64,000 bases of DNA from an uncultured Candidatus Entotheonella sp. (lineage in GTDB: Bacteria > Tectomicrobia > Entotheonellia > Entotheonellales > Entotheonellaceae). Position 1 is the first letter of the stretch. Every line of letters begins with the position of its first letter. The position numbers and the translations under genes are program-made. The stretch spans positions 928,001 to 992,000 of the forward strand of contig OZ244252.1 in the NCBI GenBank assembly GCA_965217185.1, written 5' to 3'. Below, in pieces: positions 51,134-62,369 of this stretch. Under the pieces are notes generated by a model. It was not told the DNA's origin. It ran no database searches and saw only the letters and a list, made by a program, of their open reading frames with translations.

Positions 51134-51331
51134 ATGCCGGCAGTGAAAGTCCGTGAAGCGGAGCCCTTTGAGAATGCTCTGCGACGGTTTAAGAAGCAGT
51201 GCGAAAAAGCAGGCGTCCTGTCTGAGATTCGCAAGCGCGAGTATTACGAGAAACCAAGCGTGAAACGGAAACGCAAAGTCATTGCGGCCCGGAAGAAGGC
51301 TGCGAAGGCTCGGATGTTGCTCGGTATCTGA
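51134..51331 (+). CDS. rpsU: 30S ribosomal protein S21
   Basis: [13 protein letters not shown]...YEKPS. Confidence 0.97.
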   Translation: MPAVKVREAEPFENALRRFKKQCEKAGVLSEIRKREYYEKPSVKRKRKVIAARKKAAKARMLLGI

Positions 51332-51375
51332 GAGCACCTTGGTCTCTGTTTTCCATGCCTTACGTAGGTGCATGC

Positions 51376-53700
51376 ATGAATGAACATACGGCTAAGGTGC
51401 TGGATTACGATCTCATTCGAGACGAACTGCAGACCTATACCGTCACGCCCATGGGCAAAACCTTGGCTCAGCAGTTACAACCTCATACGGATTTGGCCTT
51501 GCTGGATATCCAGTTACGCGAAACTTCCGAAATGACGGACTTGCTGGTCGCCGGCGATGACCCGCCTTTAGCGCCGGTCACTGATCTCCGCCTCCATGTG
51601 GAAGCGGCGCAACTCGTCGGGTATTACCTGGAAGGTCAACAGTTCCTGGAAGTGGCTGATTGTCTTGATGTTCTTCAGCAACTTCGGCGTTTTACCCAGC
51701 ATAACTCTCAGCGCATTCCCCTCCTCGCACGTCGGTTGGCTTCCCTCACAGACTTCAGCATTTTCCTGCGTCAGATTCGCAGCGCCATAGATGAGAGAGG
51801 CGCGGTGCGTGATAGCGCCAGCTCGCTTCTGCAGGAAATCCGGAAAACGTTGAACCACACCAGCGAGCGCATTCACCGTACGTTGCTGAGACTGATGGCC
51901 ACGCACAGTTCGGTGGTTCAGGATGCTGTCGTGACGATCCGCAACGACCGCTTTGTTGTGCCGCTGAAAACGGATTTCCGTCGAGTCCTGCGGGGTATTG
52001 TGCATGGGGAATCGGCCAGCGGCGCCACCGTGTACGTCGAACCAGACAGCGTGGTAAGCCTCAACAATCATTTGTTGCAGACCCGCGCCAAAGAGGAACG
52101 AGCCGTACGAGAAGTTTTGCGTGAGCTCACCGAGAGATTGGCCATCCAGCATGTAGCCATTGAACAGGCGCTGCAACTCCTAGGAGAGGTCGACTTGATC
52201 GTTGCCAAGGGGCGACTCAGCCGACACATGCATGGTGTTGCGCCCCGTATTACCACCGGGGAGAAACGATTGCGGCTTGTCGCGGCACGCCACCCTCTGC
52301 TAACCGATCCGGTACCGATCGACATTCATTTGGGGCCGCAGGAACGGACCTTGGTTATTACCGGACCCAATACCGGCGGTAAGACGGCAGTGCTCAAGAC
52401 GGTGGGATTGCTTAGCGCGATGGCTCAGTCTGGCTTGCACATTCCCGTGCACGCCGAGAGCGAACTGCCCCTGTGCAGAGAGATTTTCGTCGACATAGGA
52501 GACGAACAAAATCTGCAGCAAAATCTCAGTACGTTTTCCGCCCATCTGAAGAATATTCACACCATGACAAAGCAGGTGTCTGCCGACTCTCTGGTGCTCC
52601 TGGACGAGTTGGGCGCCGGCACGGACCCGTCGGAAGGGGGGCCGCTGGGAACGGCAATTCTGGAATACTTCCATGCCAGTGAGGCGCTGACGCTGGTTAC
52701 GACACACCACAGCGCCATCAAAGCTTTTGCCATGGTGACCCCGGACATTGTCTGTGCGGCGGTCGATTTTGATCTGGATACGCTGCAGCCGCGCTACCAA
52801 CTTGTTTATGGGCTACCGGGCCGCAGCAAAGCCTTCGCCATTGCCCAGAAACTGGGATTTCCTGCGGCGATCATTACCCGTGCTGAGCAAGAGGCTGGTG
52901 CGACCCAGATGCGCAGCGAGTCTCTGTTGGCTCGATTGGAAGCAAAACGCCAGGCTATGGATGACGAGCAGCAGCGCATACGGCGGAAGCAGGAGGAAAC
53001 GGAGCGGCTGCATGCTGAGGCGCAGCAAATTTTATCTGACGCTTCGACGGAAGAGCGACGTGTTCGTGAGACGTTCTTTCGTGAAGGCCAAGCACTACTC
53101 AAGACAGCCAGACAGGAACTCGACGTGCTTTTGGGATCCCTCCGCCACCCATCGGGGAACGGCACGCCCGCTGCCTTTCCGCGCGAGGAATGGCAGCGCA
53201 TCGTGGCGACAATTGCATCATTGGCCCCTACCCCGGCATCGCCTCAGCCTGCACCGTCTTTACAGGTGGGGGACGATGTGCGCGTGCGAGGTTTCAACAT
53301 CAAGGGCCGGTTATGCACGCCCATCACGGGTACGGACAGCGTGACGGTCGAAGTCGGGAACAAGACCGTCATCGTGGCTGCTTCGGAACTTGAGCGTGCC
53401 GATGAGGATGTGAAAGTTTCGAACCACGCCTCCAATGGCACCAAGTGGTCGCCGCCTGCATCGCTGGCTCCCGAATTGCATCTGCGCGGTGCCACGTTAT
53501 CCGAAGCGCTCCCTGCCGTCGAGAAATACCTTGAGGATGCTTCGTTGCAAGGCCTTCCCCGTGTACGGCTTATACATGGCATTGGCACCGGACGGTTGCG
53601 TGCTGGCATCGCTGCCGTGCTCGAACGCCACCCCCTGGTCCGACGCTTTCAGGCCGGTGATGCGAGCGGCGGCGTAACGGTCGTTGAGCTTGAAGGATAA
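51376..53700 (+). CDS. mutS2: Endonuclease MutS2
   Basis: TGPNTGGKT, LSTFS.H, LDELGAGTDP, TTH; C-terminal Smr IHGIGTG.L. Confidence 0.95.
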   Translation: MNEHTAKVLDYDLIRDELQTYTVTPMGKTLAQQLQPHTDLALLDIQLRETSEMTDLLVAGDDPPLAPVTDLRLHVEAAQLVGYYLEGQQFLEVADCLDVLQQLRRFTQHNSQRIPLLARRLASLTDFSIFLRQIRSAIDERGAVRDSASSLLQEIRKTLNHTSERIHRTLLRLMATHSSVVQDAVVTIRNDRFVVPLKTDFRRVLRGIVHGESASGATVYVEPDSVVSLNNHLLQTRAKEERAVREVLRELTERLAIQHVAIEQALQLLGEVDLIVAKGRLSRHMHGVAPRITTGEKRLRLVAARHPLLTDPVPIDIHLGPQERTLVITGPNTGGKTAVLKTVGLLSAMAQSGLHIPVHAESELPLCREIFVDIGDEQNLQQNLSTFSAHLKNIHTMTKQVSADSLVLLDELGAGTDPSEGGPLGTAILEYFHASEALTLVTTHHSAIKAFAMVTPDIVCAAVDFDLDTLQPRYQLVYGLPGRSKAFAIAQKLGFPAAIITRAEQEAGATQMRSESLLARLEAKRQAMDDEQQRIRRKQEETERLHAEAQQILSDASTEERRVRETFFREGQALLKTARQELDVLLGSLRHPSGNGTPAAFPREEWQRIVATIASLAPTPASPQPAPSLQVGDDVRVRGFNIKGRLCTPITGTDSVTVEVGNKTVIVAASELERADEDVKVSNHASNGTKWSPPASLAPELHLRGATLSEALPAVEKYLEDASLQGLPRVRLIHGIGTGRLRAGIAAVLERHPLVRRFQAGDASGGVTVVELEG

Positions 53701-53704
53701 AAAG

Positions 53705-55498
53705 GTGAGCCAGCGTATTCCTGAAGAGATCGTTCAGGAAGTCCTGCTCAGGGCTGATATTGCAGACGTTGTCGGCGACTATGTTCTGCTCAAGAAAACG
53801 GGTGAGAACTATAAGGGGTTGTGCCCTTTCCACAACGAGAAAACCCCTTCGTTCACGGTGAGTCCGGCGAAGGGGTTTTTTTATTGTTTCGGTTGCCAAG
53901 CCAAAGGAAACGCGGCGGGTTTTCTCATGCAACAGGCGTCGCTGACGTTTCCCGATGCGATTCAGATGTTGGCGTCGCGCTATGGCGTGTATATCCCGGA
54001 GATGCGCACAGCCCAAAAGCCGGACAAGCACAAACCTTTGTATGATCTGCTTCGAGCCGCTGCTACCTTCTTTCAGGATGGCTTGCGGCGCGACCCGGTC
54101 GCTGAGGCTGGACGCGCTTTTTGTCGTCAACGCCAGATTTCCAGTGACCTGGCGGCCCGTTTCGAGTTGGGTTATGCCCCGCAGGCTTGGGAGGCATTAA
54201 GGCAGGCGATGCTGCAACAAGGGTTCGCGGAGGAGTTGTTAATCGAGGGCGGCCTTGTGGTTGCCCGCGACGAACCGCAGCGGCGCGTGTACGATCGTTT
54301 CCGCAATCGTATCGTGTTTCCGATTCACGACCGGTTGGGTCGTCCAGTGGCATTCGGGGCACGCGCGCTTGACGAGTCTGCTGATGGTAACGTGCCGAAA
54401 TATCTGAATTCGCCGGAGACGCCCATTTTCCACAAGGGGCAAACGCTTTACGGCCTGCACTTGGCTCGGCAAGCAATGCGTCAGCATGAACAGGTGATCG
54501 TCGTTGAAGGCTATACGGATGTCCTGGCTTGCCACAGGCAGGGTGTGGCGCATGTGGTGGGCACGTTGGGCACGGCTCTGACCGACCGCCACGTCGGGCA
54601 ACTGAGGGGCGCCGTCAAGGAGGCAGTTCTGGTTTTTGATAGCGATGACGCGGGCGGCAAGGCTGCAGAGCGCAGTATCGCGCTGTTTCTGGACGCGGGC
54701 GTTCGGGTCCGCATCGCGACGCTTCCCGCCTCGGAGGATCCTGACAGCTTCTTACGGAACCACACGGGGGAAGAATTTCTGCACTGCGTCAAGAATGCCA
54801 TGACGTTCCCGGCCTATCTTGTTGCCCGCGCGCAACATGGTTTTGACCTGCAAACGCCCGCCAGTCGTGGGGATTTTGTTAACCGCATTGCGCCCCTCCT
54901 ACGGAAGCTGGACAACGAAGTGGAACGGTGGGGCTATCTGGTATTCCTGGCCGAGAAACTCGGGGTTCCGCCACAGGATTTGAGACGGCAGCTGTTTTCG
55001 AGGACGTCCGGGCATCGTACCCTGGCTCCACAACGACAGACTGATCCACTCCTGTCACGTTCAGTAACGAAGCGGTTTCCTGAGGAGTACGATTTGGTGC
55101 ATTTGCTATACCACCGGCCGGAACTGTTGGCCAAGGTCGATTCCCATATAGCTCCCACTGATTTCATGGATGCCGACCTCGGCAGTGTTTATTCGCTCTT
55201 GTTGCAATTTGCCCCACATGGTGAAGACGAACGCTGGTCTCAGAGGCTGCATGACGAGGCTAGCGACAAGCAAGACGTACTTCTCGCCCAGATAGCCGTG
55301 CAATCACTGCCGCCCGCATCTACGGGAGTTGCTCAGGTCATGCAAGATTGCCTCGAGAAGATGCGTCAACGTCGATACAAGCTCCAGTTGCGGCAAGTCA
55401 AACAGCGGCTCGAGTCTGAAAGCGACGAGGCTGAGCGGCAGCGGCTTTTGGAGCAGACAAGGCTGTTGGCAAAGGAGAGGCAGCCCGCGGTTTTGTAA
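53705..55498 (+). CDS. dnaG: DNA primase
   Basis: CPFH...CFGC Zn finger, KYLNSPET, VEGYTD, FDSD.AG, DPD. Confidence 0.97.
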   Translation: MSQRIPEEIVQEVLLRADIADVVGDYVLLKKTGENYKGLCPFHNEKTPSFTVSPAKGFFYCFGCQAKGNAAGFLMQQASLTFPDAIQMLASRYGVYIPEMRTAQKPDKHKPLYDLLRAAATFFQDGLRRDPVAEAGRAFCRQRQISSDLAARFELGYAPQAWEALRQAMLQQGFAEELLIEGGLVVARDEPQRRVYDRFRNRIVFPIHDRLGRPVAFGARALDESADGNVPKYLNSPETPIFHKGQTLYGLHLARQAMRQHEQVIVVEGYTDVLACHRQGVAHVVGTLGTALTDRHVGQLRGAVKEAVLVFDSDDAGGKAAERSIALFLDAGVRVRIATLPASEDPDSFLRNHTGEEFLHCVKNAMTFPAYLVARAQHGFDLQTPASRGDFVNRIAPLLRKLDNEVERWGYLVFLAEKLGVPPQDLRRQLFSRTSGHRTLAPQRQTDPLLSRSVTKRFPEEYDLVHLLYHRPELLAKVDSHIAPTDFMDADLGSVYSLLLQFAPHGEDERWSQRLHDEASDKQDVLLAQIAVQSLPPASTGVAQVMQDCLEKMRQRRYKLQLRQVKQRLESESDEAERQRLLEQTRLLAKERQPAVL

Positions 55499-55574
55499 GT
55501 TATGGATTATTCCACAGATCCCGTTACCCGCTAGCCGGTAAGAGGCGCAATCCAGTAGGGAGGTCCAATCAACC

Positions 55575-57335
55575 ATGGCAAAGAAAGATAGGCGTGGTGA
55601 AGTCAAACAGTTGATTTCCCTAGGCAAGGAGGAGGGACATCTCCCCTACGAGGAGGTGCGCAGCATTTTGCCTCGCGAGGCTGTGTCTTCAGAACAGATT
55701 GACGAGTTGATCACGTTCGGCGATTTGGACCTGGACCTTATTGAGCCTGAAAGCGTTGCCGAAAGGGATTCCGTTGCACACGACAATGGCCTTTCGGTGG
55801 ATTATCTTGAGGAGGGTCGTCTGATCGATTTGTCAGCTGATGTGCTGGGGAAGACCGACGACCCGGTACGTTTGTATCTCCGCGAAATGGGCTCTATTCC
55901 CCTGCTGACACGCGAGGGCGAGGTCGAAATAGCCAAGCGTATTGAAGACGCGCACAATGAAGTTGTGCAGGCGATTGTGTCCAATAAGTTTGTCGGCCGG
56001 GGGCTATTGGAACTCGGTTTGAAGGGATATGTCGGCCAAGGCGTTGCGAGTGAGGAAGATGATCTTAACTTGGAAGAAAGCGACGCCATGGAAGAGCCAT
56101 GGATGACGCCCGATTCCAGGATGAATAAGATTGTTAACCGCTTGCGTGAGTTCTATGTCGAAAACAACAATTTGCGAGCGCAAACACGATCCGAGACGCT
56201 TACTGCCGGACAACGCAAGGAATTGCTCAAGCAAGAGAAGACTTTGGGCAATGTTATCACCAAGTTGACCAAGGAGCTCAATCTCACCGCCAATCTCATC
56301 GACATTATCGTGAACGAAAGCAATGGCCTGTTACAGCGTCTCCGTGCCTGCGAGCGTAACGTTGCTTCTTGCGTGCAGCAAGCTAATGGTGATGCGAGGG
56401 TATTCCATCGCTGTATGCACGAATACCATGTGCAGATGGCCCGTAACGGTTCTTCCGAGGACCACCCGCAGCCGGAATTTTCGAGTCTCGAATACTGTGT
56501 GCAGGAGGCCTTTTGTCTTGTGCATCGAGAGGAGCCCGAAGTTGGTCTCACCTGCCAAGAGTTCGTGGACATGCTGCAGCGCGTCTATCACTGTCAGCAA
56601 AAGGACCGCGACGCGAAACGCGAATTGGCGGAGGCCAATCTTCGATTGGTGGTCAGCATCGCTAAGAAATACACCAACCGCGGCTTGCATTTCCTTGATC
56701 TCATTCAGGAAGGCAACATTGGCCTCATGAAGGCGGTGGACAAATTCGAATATCGCCGTGGCTATAAATTCAGCACTTACGCCACTTGGTGGATTCGTCA
56801 GGCGATTACACGGGCAATCGCGGACCAGGCACGGACAATTCGTATTCCGGTTCACATGATTGAAACGATCAACAAGCTCGTTCGTACGACGCGTCAGTTG
56901 GTTCAGGAAAATGGCCGTGAACCGTTGCCGGAGGAGATTGCCCAGCGCCTTGATTTGCCGGTGGACAAAGTGCGAAAGGTGTTGAAGATTGCCAAAGAAC
57001 CCATATCGTTGGAGACGCCCATCGGTGAGGAAAAGGACAGCCATTTGGGCGATTTCATCGAAGACAAGAAAATCACTTCGCCTGCCGAATCGGTGATTCG
57101 CACGAATTTGAAGGAACAGACGCTAAAGGTGCTGCAAACGCTCACACCGCGCGAAGAACGGGTTTTGCGCAAGCGATTCGGCATTGGTGTGGATATGGCC
57201 CACACCCTCGAAGAAGTGGGACATGATTTCGACGTCACCCGTGAGCGGGTGCGACAGATCGAGGCCAAGGCACTTCGCAAGCTGCGTCATCCAAGTCGGA
57301 GCAGGATGCTGCGACACTTCGCCGAACATGCATGA
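55575..57335 (+). CDS. rpoD: Primary sigma factor sigma-70
   Basis: [44 protein letters not shown]. Confidence 0.98.
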   Translation: MAKKDRRGEVKQLISLGKEEGHLPYEEVRSILPREAVSSEQIDELITFGDLDLDLIEPESVAERDSVAHDNGLSVDYLEEGRLIDLSADVLGKTDDPVRLYLREMGSIPLLTREGEVEIAKRIEDAHNEVVQAIVSNKFVGRGLLELGLKGYVGQGVASEEDDLNLEESDAMEEPWMTPDSRMNKIVNRLREFYVENNNLRAQTRSETLTAGQRKELLKQEKTLGNVITKLTKELNLTANLIDIIVNESNGLLQRLRACERNVASCVQQANGDARVFHRCMHEYHVQMARNGSSEDHPQPEFSSLEYCVQEAFCLVHREEPEVGLTCQEFVDMLQRVYHCQQKDRDAKRELAEANLRLVVSIAKKYTNRGLHFLDLIQEGNIGLMKAVDKFEYRRGYKFSTYATWWIRQAITRAIADQARTIRIPVHMIETINKLVRTTRQLVQENGREPLPEEIAQRLDLPVDKVRKVLKIAKEPISLETPIGEEKDSHLGDFIEDKKITSPAESVIRTNLKEQTLKVLQTLTPREERVLRKRFGIGVDMAHTLEEVGHDFDVTRERVRQIEAKALRKLRHPSRSRMLRHFAEHA

Positions 57336-57424
57336 TGCCGGCAGGAATTCCGTTGACACCCGGCGGTGTTGGTCGTGGGAATACGACAACCCAAGCTCCG
57401 GGAGCAAACGCTCCCAGGACAAGT

Positions 57425-57497
57425 GGGCCCATAGCTCAGTTGGAAGAGCCCCCGGCTCATAACCGGTAGGTCCCTGGTTCGAGGCCAGGTGGGCCCA
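57425..57497 (+). tRNA. tRNA with CAT anticodon, probably tRNA-Ile2 (lysidine); CCA not encoded
   Basis: GGGCCCA/TGGGCCC acceptor; CCGG-CT-CAT-AA-CCGG; CCTGG-TTCGAGG-CCAGG; lacks initiator features; position after rpoD. Confidence 0.9.
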
Positions 57498-57547
57498 CCT
57501 GACCACAAGGTGGTTTGATTCGTCCATGAATCAAGGAAAGGTGGACG

Positions 57548-58273
57548 ATGCGTGGACAGTTGGCACTCTTGACCGTTTTGCAAAAGCTCGATGACCAATT
57601 GCGTTCACTACGCAGGGAGCAGCAGGCGCTTCCACGGCAACTCGAGACACCCGAGCGTGCCCATAATGAGGCATGCGAGGAGTTGGAATCGATGCAGGCC
57701 GAAATCGACCGCAATGAACGCCAGCAGCACGACCTGGAGATGGAACTGCAAAGTACCCAGGACGCTCTCGACAAGGTCCAGCGTAAGCTTCGCGCAGTGA
57801 AGACCAATAAGGAATACAGCGCCGTGCTTGCAGAAATTGATGCTGGCAAGCAGCAGATGGCATGCATGGAGGATCAGTTGCTGCAGCTGATGGAGCAGGC
57901 GGAGCAGAAACGCCAGACGAAACGGTTGCAAGAACAACGGGTGCGGGCAACACGTGATGTCCTGGAAGAACAGGGGCATGCCGTGGAACAGGCTTCGGAA
58001 CTCCTGAACCAGAAAATTCTTGTCGAACGAGAAAAACGACACCAGACGGTCGTAGGACTGAATGCGGACTTGTTGGCGGTCTACGAAAAGTTGACGGCTC
58101 AGAACGACGGTTCCGTTGTCGTGCATCTCAATGATGGTGTCTGTGGCGGCTGTCATCTGAAAGTTCAGCCGCAATTGATTTCCGAAATTCGGTTGCAGGG
58201 ATCTCTTCATACCTGTCCCTATTGTCGTCTCATTCTGCTTTGGCCCGACGAGTGTCCTGAATTAGAGGGATGA
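57548..58273 (+). CDS. Coiled-coil + C4 zinc-ribbon protein (DUF164-like)
   Basis: LQ.LD, KTNKEY, CGGC...CPYC. Confidence 0.9.
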   Translation: MRGQLALLTVLQKLDDQLRSLRREQQALPRQLETPERAHNEACEELESMQAEIDRNERQQHDLEMELQSTQDALDKVQRKLRAVKTNKEYSAVLAEIDAGKQQMACMEDQLLQLMEQAEQKRQTKRLQEQRVRATRDVLEEQGHAVEQASELLNQKILVEREKRHQTVVGLNADLLAVYEKLTAQNDGSVVVHLNDGVCGGCHLKVQPQLISEIRLQGSLHTCPYCRLILLWPDECPELEG

Positions 58274-58367
58274 TCCACAAAATAACGCCGAGGCTGTCAG
58301 GAGTTCACCATCGGTTTTGACCTATACCAGTTTTGGGAGTTGGTTTGAGCGGTACCAGGAGGAATCA

Positions 58368-58874
58368 ATGAGGCATTTGGCAACGCTCCGTTCCTTTGCT
58401 CACTTCATCACAGTGGTTGTGGCGTTGGCCACGCTGTACACACCCATTTCGGCGCAAGAGTCGGCGTGGCAAGATATTGCCGGAGAGTTGATGAGCCCTG
58501 CCTGCCCGGGACGCACGTTGTTGAATTGCACGAGTGAGCATGCTGGCCAATGGCAAGAGTTGATACGGCAGAAAATAGCCCAAGGAGTGCCCAAGAATGA
58601 AATCATGCAGTATTTCATTAACATCGGCGGTGAAGAGGTGCTCGCCTCCCCTCCTAAGCGTGGCTTCACTTTGGCGGTGTGGCTCTTGCCTGCGTTCGCA
58701 CTCCTGAACGGTGCCGGTTTGATCATTCTGCTTACCACAAGGTGGGTGAGACGGCCTCATTCCCGCGAGCAAGATCCACCGCCCGCGCCTTGTCCGGATC
58801 ATTCGTCACAGGCGGCAACAGCTGTTGCAGACCCATACCTGAGTCGTGTGCGCAAAGAGTTGCAAGATATATAG
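58368..58874 (+). CDS. CcmH/CycL-like cytochrome c biogenesis protein
   Basis: Signal peptide, LMSPACPG.TL.NC, I..YF...GE.VLA.PP..GF, one TM helix. Confidence 0.7.
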   Translation: MRHLATLRSFAHFITVVVALATLYTPISAQESAWQDIAGELMSPACPGRTLLNCTSEHAGQWQELIRQKIAQGVPKNEIMQYFINIGGEEVLASPPKRGFTLAVWLLPAFALLNGAGLIILLTTRWVRRPHSREQDPPPAPCPDHSSQAATAVADPYLSRVRKELQDI

Positions 58875-59005
58875 AGTCCTCTAGATTTAGGACAGTAGAG
58901 ACAAAACCCAGATTCAGAGTGCCCCGAAATTTCCCACCGTTTCCAAGAGTTCTGCAAGGTATGGTGTAAAGCAACGGTCTGTATTGGTTTCCAGGGGGAT
59001 CATTT

Positions 59006-60991
59006 GTGCCTTTGCTGCTGCGTGTTCTCTTGCTGGGCTTTATCTTCGCCTTCCCAGTGGTTACGCCTGTCGAGGCCCAGCTTTCCTTGGAGGATACGCT
59101 TCTTGGCATCCCAGAGGTCATAGTCCAAGGACGGGACTTCACGGTTGACGAGCAGGCGGGCCTAACGACATTCCGGGTCGATGTGCATGTGCCTGCGGAC
59201 CATCATGGGTATCTTGACAGGGGCGATGAGGGGCTCTTTATCCCATTGGCTTTTGCCTTCGATTCCTTGGAGGAACGCGGATTTCGAGTTACCGAGGTTT
59301 CACGTCCATCGGGCACCAGAGACGACATTGTTCACGCCACGGTGTTACGAGAAAGCGGTGCGTTCGAATTCTGGTTGGAAGCTCCCGACGACACGTTACC
59401 ACCAATAGGCACCTTCTCTGCAACACTACGCCACCAAATCTGCAACGACGTCACAAATATCTGTTACCCTCCAAAGGCTACGACCTTTCCATTACGCTTT
59501 GCAAAAGTAGCAGTCGACCAACCCTCCCCCGCCTTGGCAAACATCACGCAACAATCCTCCGCCCTCGCTCTCACATTGAGCGAACGCCTCACAGCATTAT
59601 TTCGACGTCATTTCGCTAATTTCCCCATGGCACTTCTTTTGGTGTTCTTGGCTGGCCTCATTGCTTCGGCAACGCCATGCGTGTACCCCGTCATTCCGAT
59701 CACGTCCGCGATACTCATGGCCCGAGGCGGAGGGGCACGACGTCTGGGGCAACTGAACGCTCTGGTTTATTTCTTGGGTATTACCTTTTTCTTTACCCTG
59801 CTCGGAATTTTCGCGGCCACCACAGGCACAGCCCTTTCAGCCCTTATGACCAGCGCATGGGTGAACCTGGCCTTTGCCGGACTATTCGCCTATTTCGGTT
59901 TAAGCATGATTGGGTTCTATGAATTTCAGTTTCTTACACCACTCATAGCCAAATTGGACAATACAGCAGGCCGGTGGGATGGATTCTTCGGCACCTTCTT
60001 GATGGGAACGACTGCGGGTCTCGTCATTTCTCCATGTGTAGGTCCCATTGCGGGAGCTATTCTGCTTGATATTACTGGCCAAGCGGCGGGCACCCAGCTG
60101 TCTGGAAGTATCAGTACGGCCGAAACCACATTGCGAGGCATTGGCCTAATGGCAAGTTTTGGCATGGGGTTGGGAATTCCTTTTCTCATGGTTGGGATGC
60201 TCAGTAACGGACTACCGCAGTCGGGCCCGTGGCTTACGAAGGTCAAAATTCTCCTTGGCGTTCCGATTCTTTACTTCGCTTATGTTTATTATCTCAAGGG
60301 AATGGAAACCGCGGCCGTACCGCCGAATATAGCTCATGCCATCCTTGTCGGAGGTCTGGCGATCGCGCTCGCCGTTTTTCTTGGCTTGTTTCATTCCTTG
60401 GGAGATGCCCCAGCACAGGGCCAGTTAGTCCGTCGCATTCTGGGGATCATTCTGCTTATCCTGGGGGTACATTTCCTCTACAATGGTTTAGGCCAATCGG
60501 GGATTCTGATCCCGGCGTCGGGAACAGGCCAACAAATGGCCGCGGAGGGGTTTACGCCACCCGAGGGAGGGGGAATCGGGGATTCCACTGCCTCGCAAGT
60601 GGAGTTTTCCGGGAATCTTCGCTGGTTGCGGGACTTTCCACTAGCTCAAGAGCAAGCCAGGGTCGAAGGCATGCCTCTTTTTGTAGACTTCTATGCGACT
60701 TGGTGCGCGAACTGCAAAGCCTTTCAGCGATTGGCAGAAAACAACGCCCAATTGAACAATGCCTTGCAGCAAGCCGTGCTTGTCAAAATCTACGACACGG
60801 ACGAAATCTTTGGGACCTTTCAACGGGACGAAAACTACCCGGAACTGGGTGGCGTGGGAGGCCAGCCGTTCCTACCGTTGTTTGCCATTTATTCCAACCG
60901 GGGCGACTTACACTGGAAGGGTCAGGATTATCGAGCTGTCGCCACAATCGTAAGTCAAATCGAAGCAGTAAAACAAATTGTCGTACCGTGA
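59006..60991 (+). CDS. dsbD: DsbD-like protein-disulfide reductase
   Basis: QICND...CYPP (alpha), TPCVYP and SPCVGP (beta), DFYATWCANC (gamma). Confidence 0.88.
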   Translation: MPLLLRVLLLGFIFAFPVVTPVEAQLSLEDTLLGIPEVIVQGRDFTVDEQAGLTTFRVDVHVPADHHGYLDRGDEGLFIPLAFAFDSLEERGFRVTEVSRPSGTRDDIVHATVLRESGAFEFWLEAPDDTLPPIGTFSATLRHQICNDVTNICYPPKATTFPLRFAKVAVDQPSPALANITQQSSALALTLSERLTALFRRHFANFPMALLLVFLAGLIASATPCVYPVIPITSAILMARGGGARRLGQLNALVYFLGITFFFTLLGIFAATTGTALSALMTSAWVNLAFAGLFAYFGLSMIGFYEFQFLTPLIAKLDNTAGRWDGFFGTFLMGTTAGLVISPCVGPIAGAILLDITGQAAGTQLSGSISTAETTLRGIGLMASFGMGLGIPFLMVGMLSNGLPQSGPWLTKVKILLGVPILYFAYVYYLKGMETAAVPPNIAHAILVGGLAIALAVFLGLFHSLGDAPAQGQLVRRILGIILLILGVHFLYNGLGQSGILIPASGTGQQMAAEGFTPPEGGGIGDSTASQVEFSGNLRWLRDFPLAQEQARVEGMPLFVDFYATWCANCKAFQRLAENNAQLNNALQQAVLVKIYDTDEIFGTFQRDENYPELGGVGGQPFLPLFAIYSNRGDLHWKGQDYRAVATIVSQIEAVKQIVVP

Positions 60992-61980
60992 CCCAACAGA
61001 CTTTCAACACACAAGACGGATTCCGGTTTTGGATCGCCATGATGTTTTGTTTCGTGAGCCTCCCCTGCCTGTTCCAAACCCCCAGTTCCCGGCTAACCGC
61101 CGAACCTGTCTCGCCTGCGTCATCGTCGTCAGAACAGGCGTTCTCTGCGGATCAGATGCTGGCCTTCGCAGCAGAATTGATGCGGGAAAGAGAGTACTAC
61201 CGCGCCATCACGGACAGACGATTTCTCTTCACCTTCCTGCATGACACACGGCGTTCTATGGCCCACTTTCGCGTGGGTTTGGCCTTCTATCGCGGTATGG
61301 ACTATGGCAAGGCTTGGAAGTCTTTGACGAGGTAGCCAAGCTGTATCCAGATACACCTTACGGCAAACAGGCATGGCTTTGGCAAGGCGAGTGTCTGATG
61401 CGGCAGGGGGCCAAATATGAGGCAGCGGAAGACTATTACGGTGCTGCCAAGCAACGCTTACCTGGGGCGGGGTTTGGAAACATGCTACTTACTGGCATGC
61501 TTGGCACTGCTGCATCAGCAGGAATGGCAAAAGGCCATGGAACAGTTTCTCAAAGCATTCCCATCCATAATTCGTTCCGCGAGCCAGCCCAACAAATATC
61601 CGAAGTAATTCTGGACGAAGGAGAATTGTCTCGGAAATCTCCCCTTCTAGCTGGCGTTTTATCGGCCACTTTACCGGGGAGCGGGCAGTTATATGTTGGA
61701 CGCCAAGGGGACGCGTTGCTGGCTTTTGTTCTGAACGGGTTATTCGTCGTGGGGATTGTAGAGGCACTGAATCATAACCAAGTAGCAACAGCGGGAGTTC
61801 TCAGCTCACTTGAGGCGGGGTGGTATGCGAGCAACATTTATGGAGCTATCAACGGCGCGCATAAGTACAATCGGTATCGTACGGAAACTTTCATACGAGG
61901 ATTGGAAGGCCAATTTCGTTACCATCCACCAGAACTTCCGCCGACAGAGAGGACCTTCGGAGTCGGATTAGGCTACGATT
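60988..61980 (+). pseudogene. TPR + membrane (KSP..A..LS..LPG.GQ.Y) protein broken by several indels; 3' end uncertain
   Basis: TPR-like segments are spread over three frames (60988-61313, 61314 onward, 61500-61550). Confidence 0.6.
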
Positions 61981-62341
61981 CTGAAGGACGATCCACCAAT
62001 TCCATCAATACCAACGGGGCGTTATCCCCCTGGCGGCGGCCAGCTTTCATGATGCGCGTATAACCACCCGGCCGTTGTCGATAGCGCGGCCCTAATTCAT
62101 CGAACACCTTTTTCACGACCGTCCGACTACGGACCCTTTTGAACGCCAGACGCCGGGCATGCAAGTCGCCACGCTTGCCCCAGGTAATGATCCGATCTAC
62201 CAAGCCACGCACCTCTTTGGCTTTCACCTCGGTTGTACGAATCCGTTCGTGAGTGAGCACCGCTACCGCTAAATTACAAAGCAGCGCCTTACGATGACTG
62301 CTCCGGCGGTGCAGACTTTTTCCTTTTTTCAGATGACGCAT
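61973..62341 (-). CDS. rplQ: 50S ribosomal protein L17
   Basis: MRH, HRKAL..NL, I.TT..KAK, RPGGYTRI.K. Confidence 0.97.
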   Translation of the reverse strand: MRHLKKGKSLHRRSSHRKALLCNLAVAVLTHERIRTTEVKAKEVRGLVDRIITWGKRGDLHARRLAFKRVRSRTVVKKVFDELGPRYRQRPGGYTRIMKAGRRQGDNAPLVLMELVDRPSES

Positions 62342-62369
62342 AATCTGCTCACTTTCCTTGCGAAGCGAC

